A stretch of DNA of 64,000 nt, taken from positions 200,439 to 264,438 of the forward strand of contig NMRA01000582.1 of the NCBI GenBank assembly GCA_002633005.1, in the 5' to 3' direction. Below the pieces are notes generated by a model that was not told where the DNA came from, made no database searches, and was given only the letters and a program-made list of their open reading frames with translations. Positions 39,394 to 53,394 of the stretch are shown piece by piece. The stretch's first letter is position 1. Each line of letters opens with the position of its first letter. The stretch is from Phoronis australis (lineage: Eukaryota; Animalia; Phoronida). Position numbers and translations under genes: made by a program.

Positions 39394-40439
39394 TGCCTTT
39401 TGCTGTCACGGGGATGGTCTGGGAAGGAGATTAATGCAGCAGTATATTTCCAATAATGACAGGTATTAACAGTTCTCTGAGCTTTGACTGATGGCAACTC
39501 GGCAAATGCTACCTTACAGACTCAGTGTTCGATGCTTAGTCTGACTTCGCAAAAATCTCATGTGGCCAAAGGAAATCAGAGCTTGCCAAGACTGACGTCA
39601 AAATCGTCGACCAAAAAACGTCGTGCCGTACTCCGTTCTAAAAAGAACTACTGGCACCTATTTCATTTCTAAAGCATGCACCATTCAATTCAATATCCAA
39701 CTCAAGTCCTTCCTGCAACTGCCAATGAAGAAGCAGACGAGAGAATACAGCGGAGACGCGTGGTCGGACCTTGCCAGATTTTTGCCGAACAATACGTTTT
39801 CTCGCTGTTGTACCTTGAACGCGTGATATGTGCTGACTGCTGATGGATTTTCAGATGGGTTCAAATATTGTGGTGCACCCTAAGGACATGTCATGCATCA
39901 GCAGATTTATCTCCTAACCTCTCACAAAATCTTTTGGGAGATTGTAAAGTGTTTTCCTATTAACTTAACAATAGATAACATCATAGACTATAGTACATCT
40001 GTTGTCTATAATCTATGATAACATACCATCTTGCCTCCCAATGACAGTTCGCCTCTGCAACATATGATTTTCATGAAATTCAGTAGACGACGCTATATTC
40101 CCATTTTTGACGCATTCAACGTATTCTGTGTCATCTAATGGCCATTGTCGTGATACAAATAAACACCCCCTAGAGGCTTACCGTTTGCATTTCATTCGTG
40201 GGCGCATTTCAACACTCCATCATGCTCTTACATGGAAATTAAGCAGTTGGTTGGCATTCAATTCTACTTAATTGTGATCCCTGAGTTATATTCCTTGTGC
40301 AAGAGACTGGAAATTTTCCGTGATCCTTATATGACACTGGCGGCTTTGCTGACGTGGGGATCCCAAAACATTCTTTAAAGAGGTCGTGTTCTTCTGCATC
40401 TTGTGTAATACGTACTCGCGGTCAAATGTGAGTTTTTGA
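39394..40439. repeat. 1.04-kb segment, copy 2, truncated by the assembly break
   Basis: Near-identical to 32569-33612; ends exactly at N 40440. Confidence 0.95.
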
Positions 40440-40440
40440 N

Positions 40441-41038
40441 TGCTTAAACACTTACCATGGAATAGTGGCCATTTGATGCGACAGAAAATAAGTGAGCTTT
40501 GGAAAAATGATGCACCGTCATTCAAAGAAAACGACGTGGAAGCACTGGAAAATCTATTATCAGAAGAAACTTTGTTCTCTGATTCAAGTGACCTTTCCGA
40601 GGTGGTGATAAGTTTCCTAAAACACCATGCGGCAAATTCTCGACGCTTGGTGTTATTTTCTCTTCAAAAGATAGATGTGATTCCACAAAACGTGGATGAA
40701 GAGTTGCGGTCATGGTTCACGTCTGAACTGAAGCATTTATCCGAAGGTCAATGTCTTTCCGACAAAATAAACCACATGTATTCAATGCTTTTAGAGTTGT
40801 TGGGAACACCATGTGTACAGAAAGAGACAACACTTTGTAACCAACTTGAACAAAGCGCGCGAGACACGCTGCAGACGCTTGGGTTTCAGACTTTCGTGGA
40901 TCATTTACTAGAGATCCAAGAAATACCTGAACACGTGAGTCAGAAAGTAGAAGAACACCTGAAGAGTATCATTAGGGCAAACCCAGGCTACACGTCGACT
41001 GCTCATTTCAATACAGACAATATTGAAGTAAATACCAG
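40441..41038 (+). CDS. RNF213-like helical exon, 5' end lost in the assembly break
   Basis: Frame open from the N (LKHLPWNSGHLMRQK...) to donor CAG|GTGAGT (phase 2); paralogous to the last ~190 aa of exon 29568-31372. Confidence 0.85.
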
Positions 41039-41273
41039 GTGAGTCTTGATTTAGGACAAACGTAGCTCAATAATGGAAGAAAATATGACTATTGAAATGA
41101 TATTGTTGTGGTAATAGAACTGTTTATCTGACAATGTTGTTTTAATGCATGTACAAAGCAGGCGAAAAGTAATGAAGTTGCATACAGTAGGTGATAGCAA
41201 AAGACAGCTGACGTAAATTTGAAGGTCTTCAATAGCAATGTGTTTTCAACGCAGTGTTATTTTTCTTTTTCAG

Positions 41274-44200
41274 CTTCCAGGTGTTGATCTGTACAGCTAT
41301 GGTAGATTGCAAGAAAGTGCCATTGTTTGAATCGGTCGCACAAACGGATTTGCCGTCGGATATTGAAAACATAGTTAGAGAAACCAGGTTTTGGTGTTGC
41401 ATTTTTACAGCGAAGGGAAGCTGTTCGAATGAAGTGAAAGGTCATCCAAATGCCAAAAATTGTAAGAGCATGTTGGTTTCACTTTCGTCCAAACTTCGAG
41501 AAGACTCACTTCTACTCCAGACTGCCATACGTATTATTGAAATTTTCAACCAAAAGGGTGAAAGTGGTATTTTGAGGTTGATGAAGGCGGTTACAGATAC
41601 GACGGACATTTCCTACCTTGTTGCTAGGTTCGGAAACTATCTGTCTACGTGTACGTCTGTTCTTGAGCTGGTTAAGGAGTTCGAAGCATTTTGCTTAGAG
41701 ATTGTACCCAAAAGAAGTGTTTTTTCAAGAAAGTTGGACATCATCGTTGGCAAACTGTCGCGTAGTAGTTTGTATACAGTTGCAGAAATCTTTGATAAGA
41801 CTCCAAACTTGGAACAGTTGAAGGACCTGGAAAAACAGTTAAAGTTGTTGCAAACTTTAAAAGGTAGTGAAGTGTTTTTAAAGGTATGTCGCAAATCAAT
41901 ATCGAGATCAAGTATGACAAAATGCTTTAGCACCCTTGAAGAGAAGTTAGAGTCCCGTGTGAAAGACGACAGTTTTTCAAAAAACCTACACGACCTGTTT
42001 AACCACCAGTTTTTAAGTAAATCAAGTCTATACTGCCTCATTTACAGTTTATCTTCGGAATACATGGAGTATGCAAGATTGTTTAAAGGTGAGGCGCGTG
42101 TTACTATTTCACAAGTGAAGGAAGTTTTTGAGGGGTGCTCTTCATTTTCAAAGGAAATTGACTTTTTCCGCCGTTTTGGTGTGGATATAATGAAGGATAC
42201 TAGGGAAGCGCTGCTCATTTTCGAGAAATGCGAAATGTATAAATGTCTTGCTGAAAACATTCTGGAACTAATTCGAAATGTGGGCAAACGTATCGATGAA
42301 CAGGATACCGTGGTTCGTACTTTAAAGGCCGTCGTAGACTGTCATGGAGGCCTGATGCTTACGGAACTAGCGAAGCACTTACAATTCATGTCAAACCTGG
42401 AAATAAACGAGGAAATGGACGAACTTTTGTGCCAGTTGAAATTCTCAAAAACTTGTTTAGGATTTCTGATGGAAAGCGAGGACTATGACTTCATAGAAAT
42501 GATCGATTTCGTCGACGTCCAGTCAGATGTCATTACTGACGTTGAAGTGGGGTGCTTGATAGAAGTAAGCCAATTTCTAAAACCTCTTCTGTCATTTTCT
42601 AGTAGTGCAGACAGTGCTGAAGAAATTCTGTGCAAGCTTAAAGAGCTGTGTCTCCAAGCTTCCCTTGACATATGCTATAAAATCAAGAAGTGTAATGACA
42701 ACCTGCACGAACTAAAAAGTCTTCACATGAAAGTTGTAACTGGAGAGGAAAGTCCAAAGACTACTGTAACGAATATCATGCAGTCAGGGAAATTTGATTT
42801 CAGCATTCAGTGTGGACAATGTCATGTCACACTGACATGGGCAGATTGCGGAAAACACGATTTCGTATACTTACAAGACCTTCACAACAGAACGCTTTTG
42901 ACCATTAATAAAGACACTAAATTTTTCGCAAGTGGCATGGAGAGAAGTAACAAAAGCACCCTAGAAGAATTTGTTCGCTTGTATGAAGTCATCTGCAACA
43001 TCAAGGAGATGTCCACTCAATTGCACGAGTTGGGTCACTTCGAATACAACGAGTTTTTGAGGAAAAAACAGACCAAAGAAGATTTGGAATTGCTTGCGAA
43101 CACGTTGAGAAATGATCTTTCACAGTGGCAAGATATACTTCGTATGGCAAGAGAAGAAAGTTATTTCCTTAACTATGTTTTCTCAGATCAGCTGTGGACA
43201 TTACTCAGGTTCTTTAAAACCGGAGAACTTCGAAATCAGGCCATTCCGCTATTACGATACGTCAACTTCAAACTACCGCACAATGAATGGATTCGCAAGC
43301 ATAAGAAAGTAAAAATGACCTCAGAGCAGAATAAACTTCAATTCGTTGGAAAACAGATGGAAGAAGTTCTTAAAAGGGTCCCACCTATAAATCGCCCTCT
43401 TGGATATAGTGACCACAGTATTGATTGGGCATACTTCATTGAAAGTGGTACACCACTGGTCATTCACCAACGAGAGGAAAGTGTTTCTGTTATCCCCACT
43501 GTCATGAAGCTGTACGAGTCCTCGACCGGAATGTTTCCTCAGGCCCATCAGATCTTATTCTGTACAGCTAACTCGCGTTGGGATGAAATTAAGCTTCTGC
43601 TTTCTCGATGCCTTTCAATAGCAGGTGAAAGCTTGTACTGCTTGGTGAATGTCGAAAAGCTGCCTGATGAACTTCAGTTTCAATTGGTTGACGAATTGCA
43701 CGAATTCAGAGCGATTTCCCACAAAACCAATCGTCTTAGTATTATTTCTACTGGGTCGAAATCTAACCCAGTTTTGGACAGGTACTCAAATGAAGTTAGG
43801 ACAATTTCACCGATGTCTAAATCAGAACTCAGTCATCATCTCCAAATGTCACAAATTGCTGACATTCTCACCGTTACCTCCAAAATTCCTGGCCTCGGAA
43901 AATCTGAACATGTAGCAAAAAAAGCAAACGAACTGCAAATGAAAAGAGTCCATTTTACGATTAATGGTCCTTTTGATAAAGCCGAAATTGTGAGTCGTTT
44001 ACAGGGTTCAGGCGTCACCCGTAATTCCCTTTTGCATTTTGACTTGCTTGATGTTGATGACCCAAGTCAACTCGATGTTTTTATGTTTGAGCTTGTAGTT
44101 TTGGGTGTGGTAACTGGTGGCACAAAGCGATTTGCCCTACCCACAAAGCACGTCTGTATTGAAATTGGAAACACGATAAAGGACAGGCTTGAAAATGCTT

Positions 44201-47200
44201 TGTATACCTGTACATCATTTAATACTAAGGAACTACAATGGGGTGATTTCAATGACTATGAGATCTCATTGAATGAAACACTCAGTCCAGTTCAAGTGGT
44301 TTGCAGTTACCTTAATCATCTGGACATTGAAAGACTAGATTCGCTTGACATTCAGTTCAGTGAGAGCACTCATTGCCTAAACGCTAAGAGGTGTCAACAG
44401 TTGCTTCGCAATTACATAATCGTCGATGACATGTCTTTCACAGTAGTTGATAATATTCTGAATGTCCTTGCAGACCAGCTCAAGAAACTTTCCGGCAGCG
44501 AATATTTTCAAACGGAAAATTTGTATCTCATGAAAGGCCCCAGTTCAACCATCAAAAGCACGCTTGTGAGAAGCATGATAGATGCTTTCATAGATTTTGC
44601 AAATAGGTCTGTTGGAGCTTACAAGAAAGCGCAGTTGGAGGATGTTATAGGTACACAAGAAGCAACGGATCCGTCCTCACATGAAATGGTGGAAAGAGTT
44701 AAAGGATTAGTACGTTGGGAAGACAGCAATCACCTCCTTCCCATCTTCCAATCTCATAATTTCAGCACAGTTACTCTACTATACAGGGATCTTAGTCTGG
44801 TGCCAGAGCAGCTATCTGAGGTGTTTAAAAGACAAATTGGGCAGCCACTGCCGAATTACCGTGACGTCAAGCAAGAGTTTTTGCTTCGTGAGTTGGTTAA
44901 GATTGTGCGAAAAGGTGACATGCCGCCTCCAGACATCCTATCCTCTTATGCATTGACCCCAGACAACTTCCTAAAAATGGTTCTTATTTACCTCAGAGCA
45001 AAAGTTGGCGTTCCAGTTCTAATTATGGGTGAAACAGGTTGCGGAAAAACCTGTTTGGTTTCATTCTTGGCAGCCATTGGTGGTTACAATCTGGAGGTTT
45101 TTCATATTCACGCCGGCATTACTGCGCATGACATCATTAAAATGGTCAAAGAAGTTAATTGCAAAGCTGAAGAAAAATTGGCCAGTCAACATTGGATGTT
45201 TCTAGACGAAATCAATACATGCGACCATCTTGGCCTCATCAGCGAACTTCTTTGCCACAGAACATGCCGTGGGTTTGCGTTAGCGCCAAATGTTAAGTTT
45301 ATTGCCGCATGTAACCCTTATAAGAAAAGGAAACAGATTTTAACAGCAGGGATCAAAGAGAACGTAAGAACAGATCATCTCTCAAACCTTGTGTATAGGG
45401 TTCACCCCCTGCCAGAAGGTATGATTGATTTCGTGTGGGACTTTGGCTCTGTTGATGCGACATCGGAGTGGTCATACATCCAGCGGATGGTAGGAATATC
45501 AACTAAAACACAAAGCAACATGTTTGTTGAGTTATTGGCTTCATCACAGGACTTCATCCGGGACTATGAGAAGACGGACTCCTGTGTCAGTCTGCGAGAC
45601 GTGCAGAGGTGCATTGATTTATACCAATGGTTTCGTTCGGATTATTTGACGAAAGCATCTGAGGCAAATCACAGGCAGTTGACTGAAGAGGAGTTAGAAT
45701 TGTTTTCTGTTGTCTTGTCCTTAGGGCACTGCTACCATTCCCGTTTGGGCAAAACTGAGGATAGGAATCGATATTGTGACATGGTTTCACCAATTTTACA
45801 AAAGCATTGCAACGAAATGGCTGAAAACGATGATTTCAAACGGATTTTAAAACAAGAACATCTGTACATTCTAAACAAAATGAACATTCCTGACAATATA
45901 GCCAAAAACACGGCGTTATGCGAGAATGTATTCGTTATGCTGACATGCCTCCTCAACAAAATTCCGGTATTTGTTGTCGGGAAACCAGGTAGCAGCAAGT
46001 CCTTGTCTATGCAACTCATACGAAAGAATCTCCGTGGCCACGACTCAAGCGATGACTTTTTCAAACTTCTTCCTCATGTTATTGTCGTGTCCCATCAAGG
46101 TTCAGAGTCGTCAACATCTGAAGGAATCATAAAGGTGTTCACTAAAGCCAAACAATACAAACATCTGGAAGGTGGAACGTATTTGCCAGTTGTTTTGCTT
46201 GACGAGGTAGGTCTTGCCGAACATTCGCCATTCAATCCACTCAAAGTATTGCACTCTCTCTTGGAAACAGACTACGGAAAACGTCCGGAGGTGGCTGTTG
46301 TAGGTTTATCAAACTGGGCATTGGACGAAGCTAAAATGAACCGAGCCATTCATCTTATTCGATCAGAGCCTGATGTGACTGAGCTTTATTATACTTCAGT
46401 GGCAATAGCTATACAACAGGATTCTGAGAAAGAGTCCGCGCAATTGTCGGATAAAGAATTAAATGTTGTCTCTGAATTATATTTCAAACACCAAGAGACA
46501 CAAGTATATCCAAACTTCCATGGTCTCAGAGATTTCTACTCTTTTGTTAAGTACTTGTGCAAAAATTCCCGCAAGCAGTTTGATGTACGTGTGTGGAAAA
46601 AGGGTCTCCTGCGAAATTTTGGTGGTTTGATGAATTCTCATGACATCGTCAAAAAGTTCTTCAAATTAATTGATACACCTCATGGTGTTCATGGTGAAGA
46701 TTGCGATGTGCATGTACCAGTTACTGATCTTGTTCACGACAATTTATCAGACCCAGGCGCAAGGCATTTGATGCTAATAACCCATGGTGGGTCTGGCTTG
46801 GGTATTTTCGAAAATTTCGTTAATGAGCAACACCGCCAGTACGAGGTTATGCTGGGGAGTCGATTTGAAGAAGATTTTTCGGAGAACTACAACTACAGAG
46901 TTCTGAACAAGATAATATCAGTCATGAAGCTTGGCAGGATTCTTGTTCTTAAGGACTTGGACTATATTTATGGAAGTTTGTACGACATGTTGAATCAGAA
47001 TTATACCATCACTGGAAGTTCAAAACGAAAGAACTGCAGGATAGCCCTGGGACCAAACAGTAACTCCATGTGTTATTTGCACGATGAGTTTAGGTGTGTT
47101 GTCCTTGTCGACATCAACAAAGTGCAATATTCAGATCCACCATTCTTGAACCGGTTTGAAAAGCAACGACTTACTTTCCGAGATGTTCTTTTGGATGAAC

Positions 47201-50200
47201 AAGAATCAACTATCAAAGCACTCGAAGCTTGGGTTAAGGCGTTAACCACAATACCTGGTTTTAAGAATGCGTTTACAATTCGTAGCGCAATACCTGCATA
47301 CTCAGAGGACCTACTAGCTTCATTGGTGCTTCGCATTTGGCCAGATGTGAAAACCTTAACACTGGATGACAAGTTAAATGAATGCAAAAAACTACTACTG
47401 TGGATCTTTACCCCGTTGGGAATGCTGAGAGCATCGAAATCGAAATTTGCCTGCATTCCCGAGAATACCAATGATCTCCGAAAATGGCAAGACTACTATT
47501 TCAGCCTTCCAATTCATCAAGGTTTGTTGAAATTTACAGAAGTTTTACTAACTAAGCATGTTCAGTGGTATGATGATGAACATGGCTTCAAAGTTATAAT
47601 TCAAACAGGATCCAGTCTGGCATTTGATGTACCTGGCACTCTCAAAGACACATTCTCGTGTCAGGTGGAACGCCTCAGCGTCTTCAAATCAGAGCAGCAG
47701 CTGAGTAGCACCATTCACCAATTCTGGTTTGAAGGTAGCGAAGAATTATTTGTTCTTCAGTGTAAACCATCAATAGATGGTCAGCACATGCTTCTCGCCA
47801 AAACCTTGATCGACAGATGTCGCGCAGACTATAAGCAAAGACAAACTGGCCGTCTAAAGCACGCCATCATCATGATCCATCTCGATAGAGAAAAGGTTAG
47901 CTACGAAGATTGGCAGTTTACTTTTCTCTGTGGATGGTCCCTCGTGAACATAGATTCTTTGGAGATGTCAACTGTATCAGCACCTTCCCTTCTTGGAAAA
48001 CAGATAGTCGATGTTGTGTGTGACAGCAATATCATAGATCTCCATCAAATCATTCTCGACAACATGTGCTGGGCATTTTCTCGCATCATGTACTCTGGAA
48101 CACCGCGTACAAATGAAAGCACTCTCGAACTCATCAAAAGTATGAGACAAAATGAAAGAAATTATGAAATGACAGAGCACATTGCTAAACGCATAGTTTC
48201 ATGGATTTCTGATCACCAGTCCAATACGCATATTGAAGGCAAGTTTTCAAATGATTGCTGGCAAGTAAGTCTGGCTTGCAACAGCTTACAAACTCATTCC
48301 ACATTAGTTGCTACCTTCAGTTCCTACCTTCAAGAGAAGATTCTTGAACCACTTTCACTGATAGTTTTTCAGCTGGAGAAACTAGGATCCTGGAAAGGTT
48401 TTGAAAAACACAAACAACTCTGGAGAGATGTGTTTTTCAGTAGTGATTTCTGTATTGACGACCTTCCTCTTTATCATGAAGTTGAAGGATATAGAATAGA
48501 CGGGATCAGGCTTGACTTCCCTTTTCCGTTTAGTACAATTTTCGTTGACATAATCAACGAATCCAAGTCTAAATTCCTCCAGGGTTACCAATCATTCGTT
48601 GAAGATGAAGATTTTGAGAGCAGATTCTTTGCGTATCAGTCAGATTTTATGGACTCTATGTTTGCCAGCGTACCACTGTTAAAATCACACATTGAAGAAT
48701 GCGGCTATGACGACTTTCTTGAAGGCTTTTGTAGTATTGTGTCAGCAAACCATTTTAAATCTTTGAGTTATGATGACCGCACATATGTCACCAGGTGTTC
48801 CATAAATCTTGGCTGTGAGAGTTCTGTTTCGTCTCCATTAAGTCGAACAGTCCAATTAATCACCAACTATTGGATACGCGAGCCACAAGTGCACACATCG
48901 TTGCAACTTTTGTCGATTTGTCGTGATCTTGGTACATACGGTAGTGTTGCAAGATTCATGAAAGAAGTGGTCAGTGAACTGAATATTCAGACAAGTGGAA
49001 AATCGTTTGAATGTTTTTTCAAGCGAATTCATCATTTTGAATCTCTCCTGGTTGATGGAGCATGCAAGGCCTTATATCCTACAGAATCAGTTGTTCAGCA
49101 TTGCAATGGTATACAGAACTGGCAGAGCAAGGTCAACGTGGTATTACTCAACGCTAGTCCAATTAGCCACGATTCTCCCATTCTGAACTTTCTTCGAGTC
49201 TGCAATGACTTTGTTATGAACTTGCAACTTCCACACAACTTAGAAGAACGGGCTGCCTCGCGTCTTGCATGCGCTGCATTGAAAGACGACATCCCATTGT
49301 ATTCCAAAGAGATAGTTCAACACCTAGTGGATTTGTCAGAAAAAGGCGTTCCTGCTCGAGATATTCAACAATTTGCTTGCACCTATTTGATCAGATGTTA
49401 CACCACAGACCAATATTGTGCTCCTCTAACTGAATTTTTTTTTGAGGCGATTTCACAGAATAAAGTTCCAACTTTTGGACCGGAGTCCTTAGGAAGCGTT
49501 ATTGATTACATTTGGGAAGAGAATTGCAGTTGCCAAGACGGTGAAAATGGAAATGAGGATTCCGAATTTATAGGCAAGAAGTTTGATGTCATTAACTCCT
49601 TGCTTAATGATGAGCATTTCTTAGATACACGGCCCAATTTGCTGAAGCTCGATACGACCATTCGAAAGTGTTTTGAAAGGGAAGATTTCCACTTTGCTAT
49701 ATTGACCTGTGATGTCATAGAAATATACGTGTACAAGAGCATTCCAGACCTTCAAACCAGGATTGGGGATAGCCATTCCATGCAGTTAGTCAAGACTGCC
49801 ATGACATGTCACTCTGTTGTTCAAACCGAGTGGACACCAAGCTTGAAAGCAGTAACAGCCATTGGATTTATCAAAGCATTTTTACGAGCTATTGCCAGTT
49901 GTATTGAAAAGCAGCCCAATTTTACTGCCGAATCGCGTAGTTTTTGGCAAGAAGTATCCACTATCATTCGCATAGTCGATACTGAAGGCGCGGAGCGTTA
50001 TCACAGTAAACTGGTCCAACAGTTTTTATTCAAATGCTTTCACGCGCAAGGAATGGGGTTTCGGGAGTTGCGACAGATGTGTGAAGAGCACGGAGACAAG
50101 ATTCCTGCTCTTAAAACAGTCACGTGGACGGACCAGGAGAACGTTGGCCCAATAGGATTCAGAGTAATGCCCATAAATGACCAGTATTGGGCTGCACTCG

Positions 50201-52713
50201 ATTCACTTGATTCGGAAGAGTCTGTTTTGACTGCATATGTACAGGAAGCAAAAACATCTACCGAAAAAACTTTCGCGCTTCTGTCAGTTATTATCGACAA
50301 ATTCTACTTAATTAAAGGGTCTCGAAATTTCAAGAAAACGGAAAACGAAGTTGTGAGAAAACTCTTGAGGATTTTGAAAACATACAAGTATCCACGCAAT
50401 ATTATCTACTTCGTAGAATGTTTATGCTCTGAAGAACAGTTTCCGCTTGACTTTCTAAACATACACCCAGGAACTGTCATATCTGACATTCAGTTAGCAT
50501 CTGTGTTGGTGCACGTTGTATGTTTCATGTTGACACACGATACAACCATCAAAAACTCGGCTTGTGGTAAAGCCTTCTACCATGCTTCACATGAATTTTG
50601 CCTTTCACCAAAACAAGGCGAGACAGTTCTTCCTTCCATCAAAGTTTTCAAGTGCTCTTGTATGCATATGATTGGAACTAGTGCGACTTCGTCAACAACG
50701 CTATGTCCGGTGTGTGAAAAAGAACTTGGAAATGAGTCTCTTTGCCAAACTACCTTTGGTGAAACTGAAGAGGCATTGCTTTCCAGGGAGCAAGAAAACT
50801 TGGGCAATCTCACTCCTGCATCCTTTGCCATGTTGAGATTTTTAATACACACGTGCTTGTTAACTGGACAAACAATGAGACAATGGCCCAAATCAGAAGC
50901 GGACAGTGATAGGATTCGGAACGTTAAAGCCACAGATTCGCTTAAGAAGGTGACGGACGCCTGGAAATCTCTAACTTTGTTGTTTGCACTGCCGTCTCAC
51001 CAGGTTTGTTGTTTCGTTCACGAAGCTCTTCACCGGCTTAAGTCATGTTTATTGCTCCCTCATGACACAGAATGGGAAAGTACCTTTACAGACAACTTGG
51101 AGGAACTGGTAAACAACCGGCACACCCTGATACAAGAAAAAATGCGGAGAGGTCATGTCAGTAATAAATCTTTTGAATCAGAGGTTGAGGAGCTGGATGG
51201 TGACAACTTGGAGATTGATTTAAAATGCTTAACCCAACTTTTCCGATATGCTCCTGACAAGTTTGATCCTAAGTCCACCAATCTTTTTTACAGCTCTTAT
51301 AAGCTGAGCGCTGTCAGACACAAACATCCATTTTTATGGCATTTTCTTAAAGAATGTGAAAACCTTTCAGTTCTGAAATCGTTATCAGCAATATTGAAAT
51401 GGCAGATGATGGTTATTACCCACAAGGGTCATCGGATTTCCCGAAAAGATGAGAACCTAACGGTAGAACAGGTTCTTGACAGTGACCAGTCTCCCGAGAT
51501 CAATAGGGCTAAATTACGCGAGATTTTGACGGAGTTTCTTAATGCTTGGAACAAAATTACAGAATTCCGTAGCGTTTTAGCCCATCACAACAAGAGTTTG
51601 AAAGAATTCCCAAGGTTAAATCTACGATCACAGTTCAAGGACTGCATTGCATCCAGTAAGGAGTCCGTTCTGTTCGAAGTTGTGAAATCCTTAACATCAA
51701 TGCAAAATGCCTTTTTGGAAAAAGCACTCAGCATGGCTGTCAGCGGCGAATGCATTGCGCTAAGTTTTATGTTGCAAAACACACAAACAGCAGTCCTTCC
51801 TATCACCCCTATTCGTGACATCCCAGCCATTCGTGTTTCGCAAGGAGTGCCTTCACAAATTATCGACTGCTCCTGGAAAGAATGGAAGGAGGACTTGTTC
51901 AGACTATCACAGTGTAACACGTTGTACGGCATGGGAAGTGACGTACAGTTTGACTTCTCTGCAATAGAAATGGACCTATGCAATAACCTGGTGTTGGGAA
52001 AAGCTCACCTTCTGTTAGATGACAGCTTTCCTTTATTTACGTACGCACATGAGCTCTCTCCAGACTCCAGTCGCCTGTCAGATCTGGCGAAAGTCATTAA
52101 ACAAGAAAAATTACCGGAAGAAGCGGCCATAAAACTGAAAGACATGTACAACCAGAGTTTAAGAACTGTTGTCGACTTGAAGCGGGAATTAGATTTCATT
52201 GTGCATACCTTGTGTAAATCTTCAAGTCCCAACACCGCTACTATGACAATAAAAGAATATGCAGAGCAGATGGTATATAAAGTGATGGCCACTACGTTTC
52301 CTGAAAAACTATTTCCTCATCCATTGGAAAAATTACTAGTGTGTCATCTTGTGGGTCTGTACAAAGCTATTGAAGAGTTGATGTGCTGCAACGTAGAGGA
52401 CACACTACAAGATGATTTCACAAAGGCACTCCCAGATCAAGATGACAAGAATCTTGTTTCCAAGATTAAGTCAACCCCCATTGACCTCCCTAGTTTGCTC
52501 AAATTTATTAGGCAAATTGTATTTAGATATTTCTCCTCTGGGGTAGCCAGAGACCCGTCAATGACGTTAATTAAGCTTTTAGAAGGACAAGTACCATCAC
52601 CCGATACCCCTGATGGACAGCAATACATTCAGCACCTCCGAACTCTGTTCCCTGAATACATTCAGATCGCCCATCTTTCTGTCGTGGTGAAACACATAGA
52701 CAAGGTTGTGAAG
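41274..52713 (+). CDS. RNF213-like: Giant 11.44-kb exon of an RNF213/mysterin-like AAA+ ATPase (stalk, dynein-like AAA+ core, E3-module-like region, CTD)
   Basis: Uninterrupted ~3810 codons; acceptor TTTTCAG|C (phase 2), donor AAG|GTACGT (phase 0). RNF213 hallmarks: LTPDNFLKM, GETGCGKT (45028), FLDEIN, AACNPY, LVYRVHPLP, VSLRDV, NTALCEN, GKPGSSKS (45979), LLDEVGLAE, NWALD..KMNR, GSLYDMLNQNY, FLNRFEKQ. Confidence 0.97.
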
Positions 52714-53006
52714 GTACGTACAATAGCATGTTGTGTTCATGGTAGCATTGAAACCGCGTGACATCATTTGGAACTTGAAGAGACATTTCCTCCTTACTCA
52801 CCAGGTAAAATACAACGTATAACAAACCCACTCAGCTACACAAAATGTTTGAATGAATCAGCTGGTTTCACGATTCTCCTTGTCAAGCGTAAATAGGGAG
52901 ATAATGTCGTTTCAAGTTCTGAATATTTGTCACCGTTACCTAGGAGTTGCTAAATGGTATTTATAGATGCTGGTTTCTGTGCCCTGTATTTCGCCCTGAA
53001 AGAGAC

Positions 53007-53160
53007 CTGGCGTGCGTTCAGTAGGCGCTAGGACCTACGCTAGGACCTAGATAAAAGCTAGTCAAGGTCACGTGCTCTTATTTAAAATACACGGCAATAT
53101 CTCGCGTAATCTCGCAAAGTCTTGCTTTTAAGCTAGGTCCTAGACTTACTGAGCGAGAGG
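53007..53160. mobile_element. Small MITE in the last intron
   Basis: CGTTCAGTAG..CTAGGACCTAGATAAAAGC versus GCTTTTAAGCTAGGTCCTAGACTTACTGAGCG (inverted). Confidence 0.6.
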
Positions 53161-53394
53161 CTGTTTGCTTTCATTTCTATGTGATTTTCTTTTCGGTTCG
53201 TTACGTTGTGCTTATAGCAAGGTTTTCTTATTTGGTGTTACTTCACTTTAAGTAAAACATTGGTCTCAGTTTCCCTTCCAGCACAAGGCTCATTTTTCAT
53301 TGTTAAAGAGTTAATATGAGTGGACCTTTTCTATGTGCATGTTGTGTTATGTGTAATTATTCTTGTACGTGAAATTCGCTCATAAATATTTCAG

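Noticed and set aside
41254-41273. Listed start (MLFFFFS) of the 3835-aa ORF
   Set aside because: This is the polypyrimidine tract and acceptor; the exon begins at 41274.
41637-52628. Numerous antisense ORFs inside the giant exon
   Set aside because: Expected shadow ORFs of a long coding sequence; no motifs.
52714-52761. Listed C-terminus VRTIACCVHGSIETA*
   Set aside because: Probably intron read-through after a good donor (AAG|GTACGT); a phase-matched terminal exon exists at 53395.
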